DNA from: Ginglymostoma cirratum
Lineage: Eukaryota
Assembly: GCA_024137785.1 (NCBI GenBank)
Contig: JAHRHZ010000268.1
Location: 62,001-126,000, forward strand
DNA length: 64,000 nucleotides
Reading direction: 5' to 3'
Shown piece after piece: positions 1 to 14,452 of this stretch (its first letter is position 1; every line of letters starts with the position of its first letter). Both the position numbers and the translations under genes were made by a program. The notes beneath the pieces were generated by a model. That model was given only the letters and a program-made list of their open reading frames with translations, had not been told where the DNA came from and made no database searches.

Positions 1-201
1 TGGCAAACATACAAGAATAGTATATTCTACCACCTTATAACACAGGGGCTTAGTTCAGTTTGGTATATATTTGGGTCTTGTAGCACTTCTATACATTTGT
101 TGGTTCCTTAATGCAGCTTGGCAGGATGGTAAAGAAAGCGAAAGTTCAGATTTCTGCTCAGCTGCTGTTCATTTACTAAAATGTCGGCAAAGGAAAGATC
201 A

Positions 202-420
<219 letters not shown>

Positions 421-1722
421 TTAGCACTGCAAAGTATACTAAATTTAAACATCTTTCCAACTCACTGGCTATCATACTGGCCTAGGGACGCAAACTTTTT
501 TCATTGCTGTACCCTCCACTTTTATTGAAGACAAACACGTACAGCACAGCAGGAGGCCAATTCACCCATCTTATCTGTGATAGGTTTATACTGGAACCTT
601 CTCAAAAGCCCTGGTTCTTCCAATGCTACAAGTATTTATCTAAATTCTCCCTTGATAGACATAATAGTCTCAGCTTCAGGTATTCCAAGATCCTGAAACT
701 TGCTATATATAGAAAATTTCTCCTAAGAGCTCTCCTCACTGCAATTATGTTAAATTGATGTCCTCTTTTATATGATTCACATTTTTGAATTCCTTTTATA
801 ATTTTAAAAAATCCACAAAACCTCCTCTTCGCCTTTGCTGCTCTTGTCAGATACAGCTGCAACATCTCGAGACTCCAACTGTAACTAAAGGATCTCATAA
901 TTGGAAATCTGTTCATTGGATGTTCTTTATCTCAACGAAATTACATGCAGTTGCAGAATCCAGCTTTCTCTCTCAAAGGAACTCTATCTTCTCTGTGTAC
1001 TGCAGTGCTCCCTACTCCCTCTTTTTAAGGCATTTAATCCTAAGATCTGGCCTTCTTTTATACTCTTCCCTCTGGAAGCTTTTTCTGACAACGTAGTTAA
1101 GGGTCTGTTGGGTTTACTTGTTGGCCCCACTAGCAGTACATGATTTGCCAGATTCCTCCGATTCAATAACAGGCTTTAACGTTTTCTGTATTTCTGTCCT
1201 TCAAAGTACATATTCCTTCCCTTTCCTAGATTAGTACTTTCAGTAGAAAGTTGCCCCTTCTCTCGGGCACCGTGTTGTCTACAAAACTCCAGTTCCTCTA
1301 TGGCTCCAGGGCTCTTGTCTCTCCTCTTGCATCAGGTGCTATACCTCATTGCCTCCACACAGTATGTTCCTCAGAGCTCCACTTCACACCCGTCACTGAA
1401 ACCATCAGCACCGCAGAAAAGGGATGTAGGAAAAGAGGAAGCTCGCTATTTTGTAATATTTTTATGAGGTTTCTCAAGGAGAAAAAACAGAAGATGCATA
1501 TATAAGAAAAACTATAACTGAGCAGCAGTCTGCGTGGACAGGTTCTCACGAGTTTTTGCAATGCTCATCAGAGCTTAGTACACAAATAAATTGATTTTGT
1601 TTTGTATTAAGGACCACAGTAAATAATTGATTCAGCAAAACTTATTCAACAAGAACAGACTCCAATGGTAAACAGTTAAACATAAAACACAAGGAGAATT
1701 AACCAGTTTTTCAAATAAAATT

Positions 1723-1861
1723 AAACAAAGAATTGTGGATGCTGGAGATCTGAAACAAACAAAAATAGAAACTGCTGGAAAAACTCAGCAGGGTCTAGCA
1801 GAATCTGTGGAAATCAGGTGCTGCCAGGCCTGTTGAATTTCTCCAGCAATTTCTGCTTTTG
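1723..1861. repeat. Penelope-derived short inverted-repeat element (central ribozyme part deleted)
   Basis: gaaactgctggaaaaactcagcagg...cctgttgaatttctccagcaatttctg; same family as the copies at 26283, 31070, 32897, 58553 and 63697. Confidence 0.65.
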
Positions 1862-2082
1862 GGACAATTTTCTCAGTCTCGATCTCATTTTGCAAGCTAA
1901 GACTGCAGAAAAATTAATCTTGAAATTCCTGTTCGACCTTGATAAAAACCACTTCCTTCTTGCTTACATTTTAATGAAGTTGATCCCATCTTCTTACTGG
2001 ATCAGAAACCATTCTGACATTATAATTATCATCTAGACCATAAGACATAGGAGTGTATTTACATTAAAGCCATCATCACTTA

Positions 2083-2238
<156 letters not shown>

Positions 2239-2789
2239 TTATTCAAGGCAAACTACACTACATTCTTCCTATCATTAAATTGTGCTTTTCAACCCACATT
2301 CCCATTTGATCAGAAATTGGCTAACTGCTGGTCACTCAGCAACCATCTTTACCACCTTCAATTCAGCAATGGGTACCCCTCTATGCAAGCAATGCATTCA
2401 GCAACTAAGCCCCACTGCTCAGTATATCTTGTTCACCTACTTGGCTCAGCAAGTAATGCTATTTGTCCACCCAACCATCCAGACAACTGCTCTGCAAACA
2501 TTCAGCTGCAAACCTACTCCCAGCAGGTAACTCTACCCCAACACACATACACCTTCTCAAACATTTGGCAACTAACATCACCAGTCAACATTTTACACCC
2601 CTCAACACCCCCAGCTCAGAAATTCATAACTTCACTTTACCATGCCGTAGCAACACACATTTGTTCACACACAAGAGTTGGCACCACTACTGCACAGAGA
2701 ACAGTTACAGTGCAGAAGGCCATCTGATTCATCATGCCTGCATCAGCTGTTCAAATGAGTCATATTACATAGTGCCAATCTCCAATTTA

Positions 2790-4025
2790 TTTCTTCCAAA
2801 CCCTTCTACACCATTTCTATCCAAATAATAATGCAGTGCCCTCCTGAATGCCTCAAATGAACGTGTCTCCACATTTCCAGGCAGTGAATTCCATGCCCTA
2901 ACTACACGTTGTATGAAAATGTTTTTCCTCACATCACCCTTTTTTTTATGCACATCATTTAAAACCTATGCCCTCTCATCATTGTTCCTTTCATGAGCGG
3001 GACTAGGTTCTCCCTACCTACCCTATCCAGCCCACTTATGATTTTGAAAAAACCTCTTATCAAATCTCTCAGCATTTTTCACTCCAGGGAGAACAGTCCC
3101 AACTTCTTCAATCTATCCTCATAACTGAAGTTTATCATTCCTGGATCCATTCTTGTAAATTGCTTTTGGACTCTCTCTAATTCATTCACAATTTGCACTA
3201 ATGAGGTGCCCAGTCAAAGTCCAACAAGTGTGTTATACAATTTCAAAACTAGCTCTTGTACTTTACACCCCTATTAATAAAGCCAAGGACACACTTTGTT
3301 TTATTAACTACTCTTTTCACTTTTCCTGCCTTCAATGATCTGTGCACGTATACATCCAGGTCCCTCTGCGTCAATGCCCCCTTTAAAAGAGTACCCCGTA
3401 ATTTATATCATCTTCCAATGTTCTTCCCATCAAAATGCATCACCTCACACCTCTCTGTCATCTGTCTACCCACTCCAACAACTTGTCCTTTTGGAATGCC
3501 ACACTGTCTTCTTCAGTTTAGAATTCTTCTAAGTTTTGTGGCATCTGCAAACTTTGAAATTGTCCAATGCATATCAAGATCCAGATCATTAAGACAAATC
3601 AGGAAAATCAAGGCTCCCAATACAGCCCCAAGGAAGCTGCACAACAAACCAGACCAAAAAAAATCCATTGACCATTACTCTCCATTTTCCTAACACTCAG
3701 TCAATTTTGTATCCATGTTGTTACTGACCCTTTTATACCATGACATATAATTTTCCTCACAAGTCTGTGCGGGGCATCGTATTAAAAATCTTCTGAAATC
3801 CATGCAGACCAAGTAACAGCATAACCACATCAAAACTTTGTTACTCCTTCAAAAAAACGCCAAATTAGTTAAACACAATTTCCCCTTTAGAAATCCATGC
3901 TGACCCTTCCTAATCGACTCATTTTCCCTGTGACTGCTAGTTCTATCCCAAATAACTGTTCTTAGAAGCTTTCCCACCACCAAAGTTGAACTGACAGGAA
4001 GGGCAGGTTTGCTCTTGCCATTCTG
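2790..4025 (-). mobile_element. Decayed CR1 LINE 3' part (RT and tail)
   Basis: Minus-strand peptides FIQRVVRAWNSLP and QHGFLKGKLCLTNL are typical of CR1 ORF2; many stops and frameshifts. Confidence 0.85.
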
Positions 4026-4729
4026 GAAATAGCACCTCTTTGGCTTTCTGTACCCTGAATCCAAGTGCACATAGAGTAACCATAAAACTCTTACCACTCG
4101 TCCAACACATTCACCCCAGGCTCAGGATTTGTATACTCAGTTATGAATTTAGCTGAGAAACTAAGGTAACCCAAAGGCAGTCTTGACCCACCATCTGACA
4201 GTTATTTAAAGCAGGGAATATAACTATGAGGAAATAATGCAAATATTCTACTTTAATAGATCATGAACGAAATCTATAAACGCATGATCATTTGGCTACA
4301 TGCTGGAATGGGAAACTGAGCATGCCCCTTTTCACCGTTAACTTGCAGGCATCAGCGAGGACTACAGCCCATGTCCATGATATATCTTGATGGCTTCAGT
4401 CCAGCATCCACAGAGATTTACAGCCAGACTCTTAGTCCTTCAGCCATCAAAACCTTTACACTCTCATACAAGGTCTTTTGAAACTCAGCTCTTCATATAC
4501 TTCAGTTTTTATCTATACATTTAGATCCTTTGCTCTTCCCCAACTAGACTACTGCTTCTTCCTGCACTCTCCACATTTCACAATTGGTGGTAGAGCCTTC
4601 AGCCATTAATCCTTGGCCCCATATGGATCCTCCCACCCTCCCTACCACAAGTCACTTCATCGTTCTCTTTTCCATCACAATCCCAGCCATCTTTCCATAC
4701 GATTCAATGGAAAAAAAAGAAAAATGAAG

Positions 4730-5120
4730 AATTAGAATTTTACATTGCCCTTCACAATCTTGGGCCACCCCCAAAGCACTGAGTTAGTTTTGATGTGTAG
4801 TCACCTTTATAATGTAGGAAAGCCACCAATCGTTTCAAGCACAGCAAGCTTCCTCAAATAGCAAGCTGATAGTCTGCTTTCCTGGTGTTAGTTGAACATA
4901 AGCTATCATTCGGGACACTGGGAAGAACTCTCCCAGTCTTCTTTGAATTGTGCTATGTGATTTCATACATCCATCTCAGAGGGGAGATGAGGCCAAGGAT
5001 TAAGTCTCCTCTGAAAGACAGCACTACCTCAGAAGTGCAATGGAGTGTCAGCCTGGATTGCGTGCTCAAGTCCTGGAGTCAATCTTGATCACACCATTTG
5101 ATTCAGAGGCAAGTGTGCAT
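4730..5120 (-). mobile_element. Deu-domain SINE (SacSINE1-like), decayed
   Basis: Reverse complement resembles the copy at 25895-26250. Confidence 0.65.
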
Positions 5121-6154
5121 TAGTGAAATGTGCTGCAATATTTTTGTGTGATAACTGTCAGCTGTTCTTAGTACATAAGACAAATCATAAAGCTTTCAAT
5201 TTTCTTTGGCTTCCAGTCCCATTTCAGATTGGAGCATTAAGCCTGCATTGTTACAATACTCTTTTATGAAATGCAAAACTTGCTGAAAATAGAGCACGGA
5301 CCAAGGACTTTGAAAGCAGAGAGGGAGACTTGTACGATAGATACTTTAAGACTACATTCCATGAATGAGTACATAACTATTGAAAGAACAGTTATAGATG
5401 GTGCCATGGAACCAGGGAATAAACCACTGACTGAGGGTTGGAAGACAAGTATAGCGATTTACAGCTGAGAGCACAGTGCCATATAAAAAGGCTATATGTT
5501 GACTTGTACTCAGTTCCTGTTTCAATTTGGGTCTATTCACTCCTCGACATTAAACATCAAACTTCTTAAAAATGACATGTGCGGGAGCAGTGAGGAAAGG
5601 TGAAGGAGATGCATGGGTTCAGTGAGCAATTGACGTAACTGTGACTTTACCAAATATACAATACTGCTGAAAGGGTTAGAGCCAGTGAGTGGATTTAGTG
5701 GAGGAGGGGAACAGTTCCAAGATAATGGTTTGTTGAGGTCTTTCACTCGCTCACAGACTAGGTCCAAGAAATTAAAACATGAATTTTTTGTAACAGTCAA
5801 CATTTATTTTAAATTTCATTATTTGCTGGAAATGTAATTTGCCATTTTTCTTCACTGACTTATTTTTCAAAAAGTTGGCAGTAACAATGACTTCAATAAA
5901 GCTTTTCAAATGTGTCTCCAGCTTCTCCTGAAATAATTTTAAAAGTGGGACCTGAGCATAAACTGCTTGGAGCAGAAGAAATGTATTCTATCAGTACTGC
6001 TGGAAGATAGTGTGACATATACAAACACAGAACATGTATATGACACACATTCCTAATTATGTTGGGGCCATGAAAATGGAAGGCATATCCTGTAATAAAG
6101 CAGCTACAGGCATCTTCCCTTGATGACTCACCGAGTTTGACTGGCACCCTATTT

Positions 6155-6478
6155 CCCTCCACCACCAATGCACACTGGCAGCAGAGTGTACCATCTACAA
6201 GTTGCACTGCAGTTACTCACAGGGCTCCTTCAGCAACAACCCTGATGACCACAAAGGATGCATGGGGATACCACAATTTGTAATTTGCCCTCTAAGTCAC
6301 ACATAATCCTGGCTTGGAAGTATATTTCCATTCCTTTATTGTCACTGTGTCAAAACCCTGGAACTCCTTTCCTAACTCCCATGGACATCAGCAGTTCACC
6401 ACCTTCTCAAAGACAAGTGGGCATGGTCAATAAATGTCAAGGCAGCAATGCCCATGTTCCATGAATGAATTTTTAAAT
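6155..6478 (+). mobile_element. 3' end of a non-LTR retrotransposon (same family as 9640-12290)
   Basis: cacactggcagcagagtgtaccatctacaag...gcccatgttccatgaatgaattttt matches 11660-12290. Confidence 0.75.
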
Positions 6479-8229
6479 AAATGTTTATCCATTGAGGAAC
6501 TGAGTGTTGCATGAGGAAGATCCCAGGGTCAACTTCTAGCCTCAAGTAGTGAGTACTTCTAGCCTCAAGTAGCTGGTGATACTCTGTAGAAGTGCAAGCT
6601 AGCAGCTTCTGCATTAATTCATGTTCTTTTTGACACGTAAAAACATGGATATGGTAATGTAGTGCTTCTGATTTAGTAATAGCCTAGAGGTCACGGCTCC
6701 AAATTAAACTATGGTAAATTCAGAAATTTGTCTATTTGTCATCCCAGAAATGTTTCAGGTATCATTATGGATATCCCACAAGTTCACTAATGTCTGTCAC
6801 AATTATATAGTATGCTCCTTGTTGATTTTCAGTGCGCTCTGAATCGTCGTAGCAAACCACTCAAATGTAATATGATCACTTGGTATTTATACCCGAGAAA
6901 CAATTAAGAGAAATTAAAGTGCAAAAGGTTGCCAGATCGCTGTAAGCTGCACCATGGCACAGAACCAACACATTTTGAGAGGAAAACTGGCAAGTAAGCA
7001 GAAATATGCTGTACAATAATTTACAAGTGCTGAGATTTATAATAATATGCAACAATAACTGTTTGGCCTTCTTTTGAAAATTTTAGAGCTGTAGATAAAT
7101 ACAGGCTGCACAATATTTTTAGCTGAGACTCATCAAAGCTTACAATGACATAATTGTTTCTCAACAAATGCTTGTGATAAAGCCATTAGAATGGAAGGAA
7201 ACTGCATTAGAGAAAGAGGAAATAGTTATTCCCATGGTTTCATCTGTGAACCCAAGAAGTGATGTGCCACAGTGAGCATTACGGTACTTGTCTAATGGTG
7301 AATTCAAACTTTGGTCAGGGATGTACAATCTTAACATACATCAGAAACAAGTTATTTGCACTCTATGACAAGACACTGATTTACAGCAACTGATTAGTCC
7401 ACTTGTAATGTTTAATGAAATGGAATTCCAAGCTTTTCCCTCTTATTCCATTGGACATTACTGCATCAGCACAGATAACCTGTCAAAACACATATGAATA
7501 GGGAGGATATTAAAGATTAGTACCCTTCCGTCAAATGGATATACATGGGACTGTCTCTTTCAATATTTGGCATCATAGATAGCCATATTGACCTGGCTGC
7601 CCCAATGTGTTCATCTAAAAATCTTTCTGTTCAAATCCCTTTACGATATTATGGTCTTGACACATACTTCAGTTCCTTCTCAACTTTTGTAATCTTGTTC
7701 AACTTTACACACCAACATGCAGCCATTACTCTAATTTTGAACTTGGATGGAACATACTGTTCCACACAGGACACTACTTAAATATGAAAGTTACAACCTG
7801 CAGCTTTGTTCCCAAACAAAGCAAGCAATTATATTTTTCCTAAACAATACTGTGATGCCGAGATCAACAAAATAAATGTTTCAATGGAAGAGGTACGTAA
7901 AATTGGATATGCAGAGCTGCAAAATATCAGGAGAAATGAAATTCAAAGGCAATATTTACAGATGTGATTACATTTATGCTGTTCAGGTACAAAACAGGAT
8001 AAGACAACCAAGCAATCCCTACAAACTAGTGCGCAAGAAGTGTGAAACCACAAGTGCAAACGGGTCAAAAATTACTTGTGCAGGGTTTAAGGATGAAATG
8101 ACATGTTTCTATTTCTGACACTCTGAGAATTTAAAACTCCCACTGCTATCAGGCTTTAAGCACCACTCAAAAAATGGCACTTGCCAGACATTGATCAGGA
8201 AATGGGATAGCAATGGACATTCAACAGAT

Positions 8230-8636
8230 GTTAGTTAACTGGCCCAGTAACCTAGGTGTTCACTTCAACAATCCAGTTCAAATTCTACCATGGCAATTGT
8301 AGATTTGAACTTAGTTCATTAAATAAACTTGGAGTTGAAAGTTAGTACTGGTAAAGGCTGTCCGATTGTTATAAAAGCCCACTTGTTCACCAATGTCCTT
8401 TGAGGAAGAAAACCTAGGGCCCTGACCTATCTGGCCAGAATGCTGCAGGTCTGAAGTCAATGAAGTTTACTGTCAACAGCCCTCTGAAATGACCTAGCAA
8501 GTTACTCCGTTATATCAAATCTCTATTTAAAAAAACACAATGACTCAAAAAGGTGGCACACCATCACATTCACAAGGGCAATTAGGGATGTGTACTAATT
8601 CTGGCTTCATTATCAATAATCATAAGGAATAAAGAA
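8230..8636 (+). mobile_element. tRNA-derived SINE, same family as 24421-24780 (decayed)
   Basis: gttcaaattctaccatggc...gttcaccaatgtcctttgaggaagaaa...gggcaattagggatg. Confidence 0.7.
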
Positions 8637-9639
8637 TAGGGAAATTTCTCACCTGTGGCTCACAGCTGGCAATGTGATTCTCAATGTGCTTTTTTTTAAA
8701 TTAAGCTAGAATAGCTTGAATTCCTAACTTGTAAAAATTGCCAGCCTCGTTGCTGACAATGTAGAAATCATTTCCACTTGGCAGTCAATCTTTTTGAGGT
8801 GATAGTGTTCAGCAGGAAGATGACCAGTCCACCTTGCTGGAGGAAGATATGTGGCTCTTTCAGTCTGTCTCAAGTGCCCCACTTGCAAAGATGAGAAGTT
8901 CCACGTCACATTGAACTTTCCTGCTGTAGCAACATATTCTGTTTATAAATTGATGTCGAGAAGTGTTCAAAGCAAGAAAGTGCTGCAACTGAATTGTCCT
9001 CACCCAGCAGGATTTTAGCTGACGTCATCTGATCTTGTAAATACTGGCCAAGAGGGGAAACTGAGGCCAAGCAGGCAAATACATTAACCTTCTATCCCCT
9101 CTCCTTTACAGAACATAGGCCCAGTTCTACTGCTCTTTTACTTTGAAGGCTGCAGTAAAATCTGGGGAAAAAGCATATTCTGGACTACGGCCACGAGATA
9201 TGGATAACCTGTAGACCAGGCAACTGCATCAGCTGAAAATGATCTTAACCATCAATACTGCAAAGTCCACATTTGGAAGGAAGCATTTTCCCACTGACGA
9301 TATCTGCACTCTAAAAAATGGCTGGAAGGTCCCAAAAATTCTCCAAGATGGCATGGATGCTCCTACAGGATTATGCTGGGGAGGGGTCCGAAAGGTTGCC
9401 ATTAATTCAATAAGGACTTGTTCATTAAGAACGGAGAAGCTACCTAATGGTCTCAAGAACTGAGTAGATCGATGTGTCTTTGATCCACTTTCCTAAAAAA
9501 CAAACCTCCAGGAAAGGAAAGCAACACCAGTACCACAATAAAGAGTGGATGGGGTAGTGGTGGGCAACTATTTAGTAACATTCTAAATTACTAGTTATCT
9601 CACAACATATTCAGTGGTTTCGTGAACATAGTGCAATGA

Positions 9640-12290
9640 AGAGTGCAGGAGGGCATGTAAGATGGACCAGACTTATCTAAAATTAAGGTGCCAACTTGGT
9701 GAAGCTGTAAGACAGGATTACATGACAAACAGCAGAAGCTGCATGTGATTCAGAGACAGAACTAAGTCCTCCCACAACCAGCTAATCAAATCTAAGCTCT
9801 GCAGTCCTACCACATTAATTTTCTGTCACCATTCACAGCTAAACAACTAAGAGTAAAGGTGGGGGTGTGCCCAGAAAGATCCCCATTCTCAATAAAAGGA
9901 GAGGCCAGCACATCAGTGAAAAATACAAGGCTGGAGCATTTACAAACATCTTCATGCAGAATCGCATCGAATTACAGAATCAACCATCTGAGTTTCCTTC
10001 TGGGTCCCCAGCATCACAGATGTCAGTCTTTTTTTTCCATGCACTTCACACGATCAAGAAATGGCTGAAGGTGCTAGATGTTGAAACATTCTAGCAACAA
10101 AACCGAAGACCTGTCCTCCAAAATTAGTTGCTCTCCTGGCCAAACTTTTTGCTATAGCTATAGCACAGTCACCTGCCATTCTTTGACTCCTTTTTGCCTT
10201 TATTCTTTCACGGGAATGGCAAGGTCAGAATTAGTCATCCATCCCTAACTGCCCTTGAACTGAGGCAGTTAATAGTCAACCACATCACCTGGGTCTAGAG
10301 TAACATGTAGGCAAAATGTGGGAAAGAAACAGACTTCCTTCCCTAAAGGACATTAGTGAACCAGATAGGCTTTTACAATTTACAATAGTTGTAATGATCA
10401 CCATCACTGAAACAAGCTTTCAATGCCAGTCTGACTAACTGAATTTAAATTCCATTAACCTTCGTGGTGGGACTTGAACCCATGTCTCCAGATTAATAGT
10501 TTGGTCTTGGAATCATTAATCCAGCGATATTACCACTAGGTCACCATGCCCCCCGCAAGAGATATGTGAAAAATTGCCCAGGTATGTCCTGTTCACGAAA
10601 TGCAGGACAAGTCCAACTGGTCAATTTCTGCCCCATCAAACTATTCTTGATAATCGGCCAAGTGATAGACCGTCGTTAGAAGTGTTATAAAATGGTACTT
10701 GCTTAGCAATAACCTGATCAATGCTTAGTTTGGGTTATTCTAGGTACACTCACCTTCAGCCTTGGTTTAACCACGAGCTGAAGTCCAAAATGGAGGAGAA
10801 CATGATGAACCTCGAAACCAAGGCAACCTTTGACCAAGTACAGCAACAAAGAGCCCTAGCAAAATCTGAACCAATGGGAATCAGAGGAATGGTCTCTGGC
10901 AGTTGGGGTCACGTCTTGCGCAATGCAAGATGGCTGTAGTTGTCGTTGGGCATCAGTCCCAGGATATCACTGCAGGAGTTTTCCAAGATATTTTCTAATC
11001 AATCTGTTCAAAGATGTTACACATCTCTGGAATAGGCAGAAGTTGAATCCAGGCTTTCTGGCTCAAAGGTAGGGACCCTACCATTGGTCCACAAGAACCC
11101 CAATAGTTTTTCAGGGTAGTATCCAAGGCTCAATCATCTTCAATGCTTCATGAATGACCTTCCCTCTATCATAGGTCAGAGCGGGGATATTTACTGATAA
11201 CTGAAGAACATTCCGCACCATTCACAACTCCTCAGGTACTGACGTAGTCAACATATGAAGACCTCAATAACAGCCAGCCATGTGACAAGAATATTTGAAC
11301 TATACAGATGCAGACTATGGCCACCTCCAACTAAAAAGAATCTAACCATGACATTCAATGGCATTGTCATTGCTGAAACACCCAGTATCAACATACTGGG
11401 GTGTTATATTGACCAGAAAATAGAGTGGACCAGCCATATAATTCTGTGACTACAAGAACAAGTCAAAGGCTAGAAATTCTGCACATGTAAGTCAACTCCT
11501 AATTCCACAAAGTCTGCCCACCATTTACAAGGCAGAGTGTGCTGGAATACCTTTTATTTGTCTGGATGAGTGCAGCTCCAACGACAGCCAATAAGCTCAA
11601 TACTGCCCAGCAACTTTCTTTATTGGCCCCATCCACCACCTTCCACAGTCACTCCCTCCACCACCAACACACAGTGGCAACAGTGTGTACCATCTACAAA
11701 ATACAGTGCAACAACTCAGCAGGGGTCATTCAATAGCACCTTTCAAACCTACACCTGTACCCCCTAGACAAACAAGAGCGGCAGGCACATGAGAATACCA
11801 CTATCTGCAAGTTCCTTCCAAGCCCCTCACTAGACTTGCGATCCAGAGGGTCAAATTAATAATCTGGGAACATTGGCCTCAATCCCACTATGTTAGATGG
11901 TAAAGTTTAAATTAATTAATGAATCCAAAATTGAAATCTAATTCCAATGGTGAGACCATTACAACTATTATTGATCGTAAAAACCCAACTGGTTCACTAG
12001 TATCCTTCAGAGAAAGAAATCTATTGTCTTTTCTTAGTCTGGCCTACATGTGAATTCAGATCCACAGCAATGGGCTGACTATATCTAGATTGCTGTTTCT
12101 GTACGGTCACTGACTCAAAATCCTGGAACTCTGTTCCTAACAGGACAGTAGATGCACCTACCCCTCATGGATGCAGTCCTTCATGGACTGCAACTATTCA
12201 AGACAGTGGCTCAACAATAACACCCAGGGTTGGGCAAAAAATGTTAGACAAGCCAACAGTGCCCACATCCTATGAATGAATTTTTAAAAA
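9640..12290 (+). mobile_element. Decayed non-LTR retrotransposon (RT-bearing LINE, clade not assigned) with nested SINEs at ~10200-10555 (-), ~11005-11102 (-) and ~11835-12085 (+)
   Basis: RT-like remnants KIAQVCPVH (~10570), KATFDQV (ORF 10721) and QGS..IF..NDLP...FTD (~11110-11200); 3' tail gcccacatcctatgaatgaattttt. Confidence 0.8.
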
Positions 12291-14224
12291 TGCTCTTGGT
12301 TGATCTATGTTCCACGACTGTTTCAAGACTAATGTACATAGTAAGTCAAGTGGTGGTTTGAATTTGGTAACAATAAAATGTCACAGTGAAATTCTGTCTG
12401 CTACCACGACAACAATGTATTTACATCAGAGTGCATAGACGATGATTAGGTCATGTAATCAATGATAATACTGCTAATTGAATAAAAATTGGCTTAGAAA
12501 ACAAAGCAAGTGATAATACATAGGAAAGCCTCTGACATCTGTAACAGTGACCCAAAGAGGGCTACAGGGACTTTCTCTGCATTGCATTTTGCATAACTGA
12601 CATGAAGACTACTTTCAGGATATTTCATCAAAAACGGAGACTGCCAAATACTCATTGTACCAATGTCCTGATGGATTCAAGGACAGGTAAAGAATCAGGG
12701 TAATCAACCATTAAAGGGGAGGCAATGCTCCATGCAGTATCAGTAATTGCAAATTTTCCTCCTTTCTTCTTTCTGGGAAGATAGGGATTTGAGGGGTGGG
12801 GTAGGAGAAACATTGTCAAACTTGCATTGTGGTTGGATGGAGTTCATGAAGAAGCAAGGTTTCTATGGTCTGTAGCAGAAATATGATTGTTCAATCAAAG
12901 GGCTTTTTTTTAAAACTCCATGCTCACTCTGTGTGTCTTGGCATTTTGAGCCAATGTTTTGTTAAAATCTGGGTGTGAAATAGTCCTACTATCATTAAAA
13001 CAACTCTGTCTTTCCTCTGAAGTTTAGGCAACTGATCAACCATGTACCACAGGAAGTCATTTCAGGAAAGTTCTGCTCACCTCCATGGGTGTTTGGCAAA
13101 TGTCCCTGACGCATTTCTATTTGTTTCATCAGATTTCTACCCTCACGTCAAATACATTCTTAATAGGGATTCTGAACGCCACATGCATAACTGCTACTGA
13201 AACCTTATTTAAGGAATCACACGTAGACGAGTGTGCATCTTGCTGAATGTATCTATTGCAAGAGGGCTACAACATGAGGAGTCACCTCAGTTGGCTAATT
13301 GCCATTTGTCAATGGAAGAACTTAATCCAATTAATTCTGTAAATTTTCGTGTGTATTTTGGGCAAAAGAAATGTTTATAACACTAAGAAACTTGACAGAA
13401 GAAACTTAAGCTGAAGCTGATTTTTAATACAATGCAACTATGAAAGAAACTCTGGAAAACTTTGAATGTGTTGTGACAAATTGAGTTCCTGACAAACAGT
13501 GCTCAGTTTTGGTACTGTACCAGGACAACGCAGGAACCATCAAAACCAACTGCTATGGCATAGTTTTATTAAAAGGTGTCTCAAATTGTTCTTCTTAATT
13601 TGTCAATAGCCAACAATTTTGATGTGGAGGTGGGAAAAGTAAGCAATTAATCAATATGCACAGAGGTCAGCAACACATAGATTGCATAGGACAAAACTCC
13701 CGGCCTATGTAAATATCATGAGGCACAGTTACATTTTTGACTTGGTTGTTCATCCAGTTTAAATCCTGTGGTCTGGAGGTTTGGAAAGGTCAATTCGCAA
13801 TTTGTTGAATAAATCCCAAATCACAAACAGATTCCGTTAGGACTGGTAGGTTCAGATCTATAAAAGTCAATAGGGACTTAGGTTTAAATTTTACATGGAG
13901 TTTGCTGTTGGCTACGTGACATTAGCACCACGAGGTTAAAAAGTTTGGCCATTCCAATTAATTTCACTCACTAACTGCCACTTAATGCGTTGAGCTGTAC
14001 AGCTGCTGCAAAGCTTTGAGGAGTACAAAAAAGCAGAAATGAAATGTTAGTGTTCTGGTACTGGTTGAAGAAAGGCCAATAAGAAGAAAATATCTTCCCT
14101 CCACTCATGATTAAAAGACCAGTGTGAGTTACTTCATAAAGCAAAGTGAAGTCCATTTTTTTTGATGGGGAACAGTTTTCATGGGCTATGGATTTCAAAT
14201 TAACGTTAGCCATGGTTCAACTGG

Positions 14225-14450
14225 TCTGAGTCAGAACATTATGGGGTTATTCCTCACATCAAACTTGAACATAACACAGGCCAGCACTTCAATGCAGTAC
14301 TGACAGGGTTGCACCATCAGGCATGCTACATTTTGGATGAGTTATTAAACCAGGATTGCACCTGTTCAGATTCCAAAGCACTATTTGAAGAGTAAGGGAG
14401 TTCTTAGTGTCCTGGCCGATATTAATCCAATAATCAATACCTAAAGACAA
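14225..14450 (+). mobile_element. Deu-domain SINE fragment
   Basis: cagcacttcaatgcagtactgacagg...gcactatttgaagagtaagggagttcttagtgtcctggccgatatt. Confidence 0.7.
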
Positions 14451-14452
14451 AT

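Noticed and set aside
6532-6572. 18-bp direct repeat acttctagcctcaagtag x2
   Set aside because: Only two copies 5 nt apart; a local duplication, not a CRISPR or functional array
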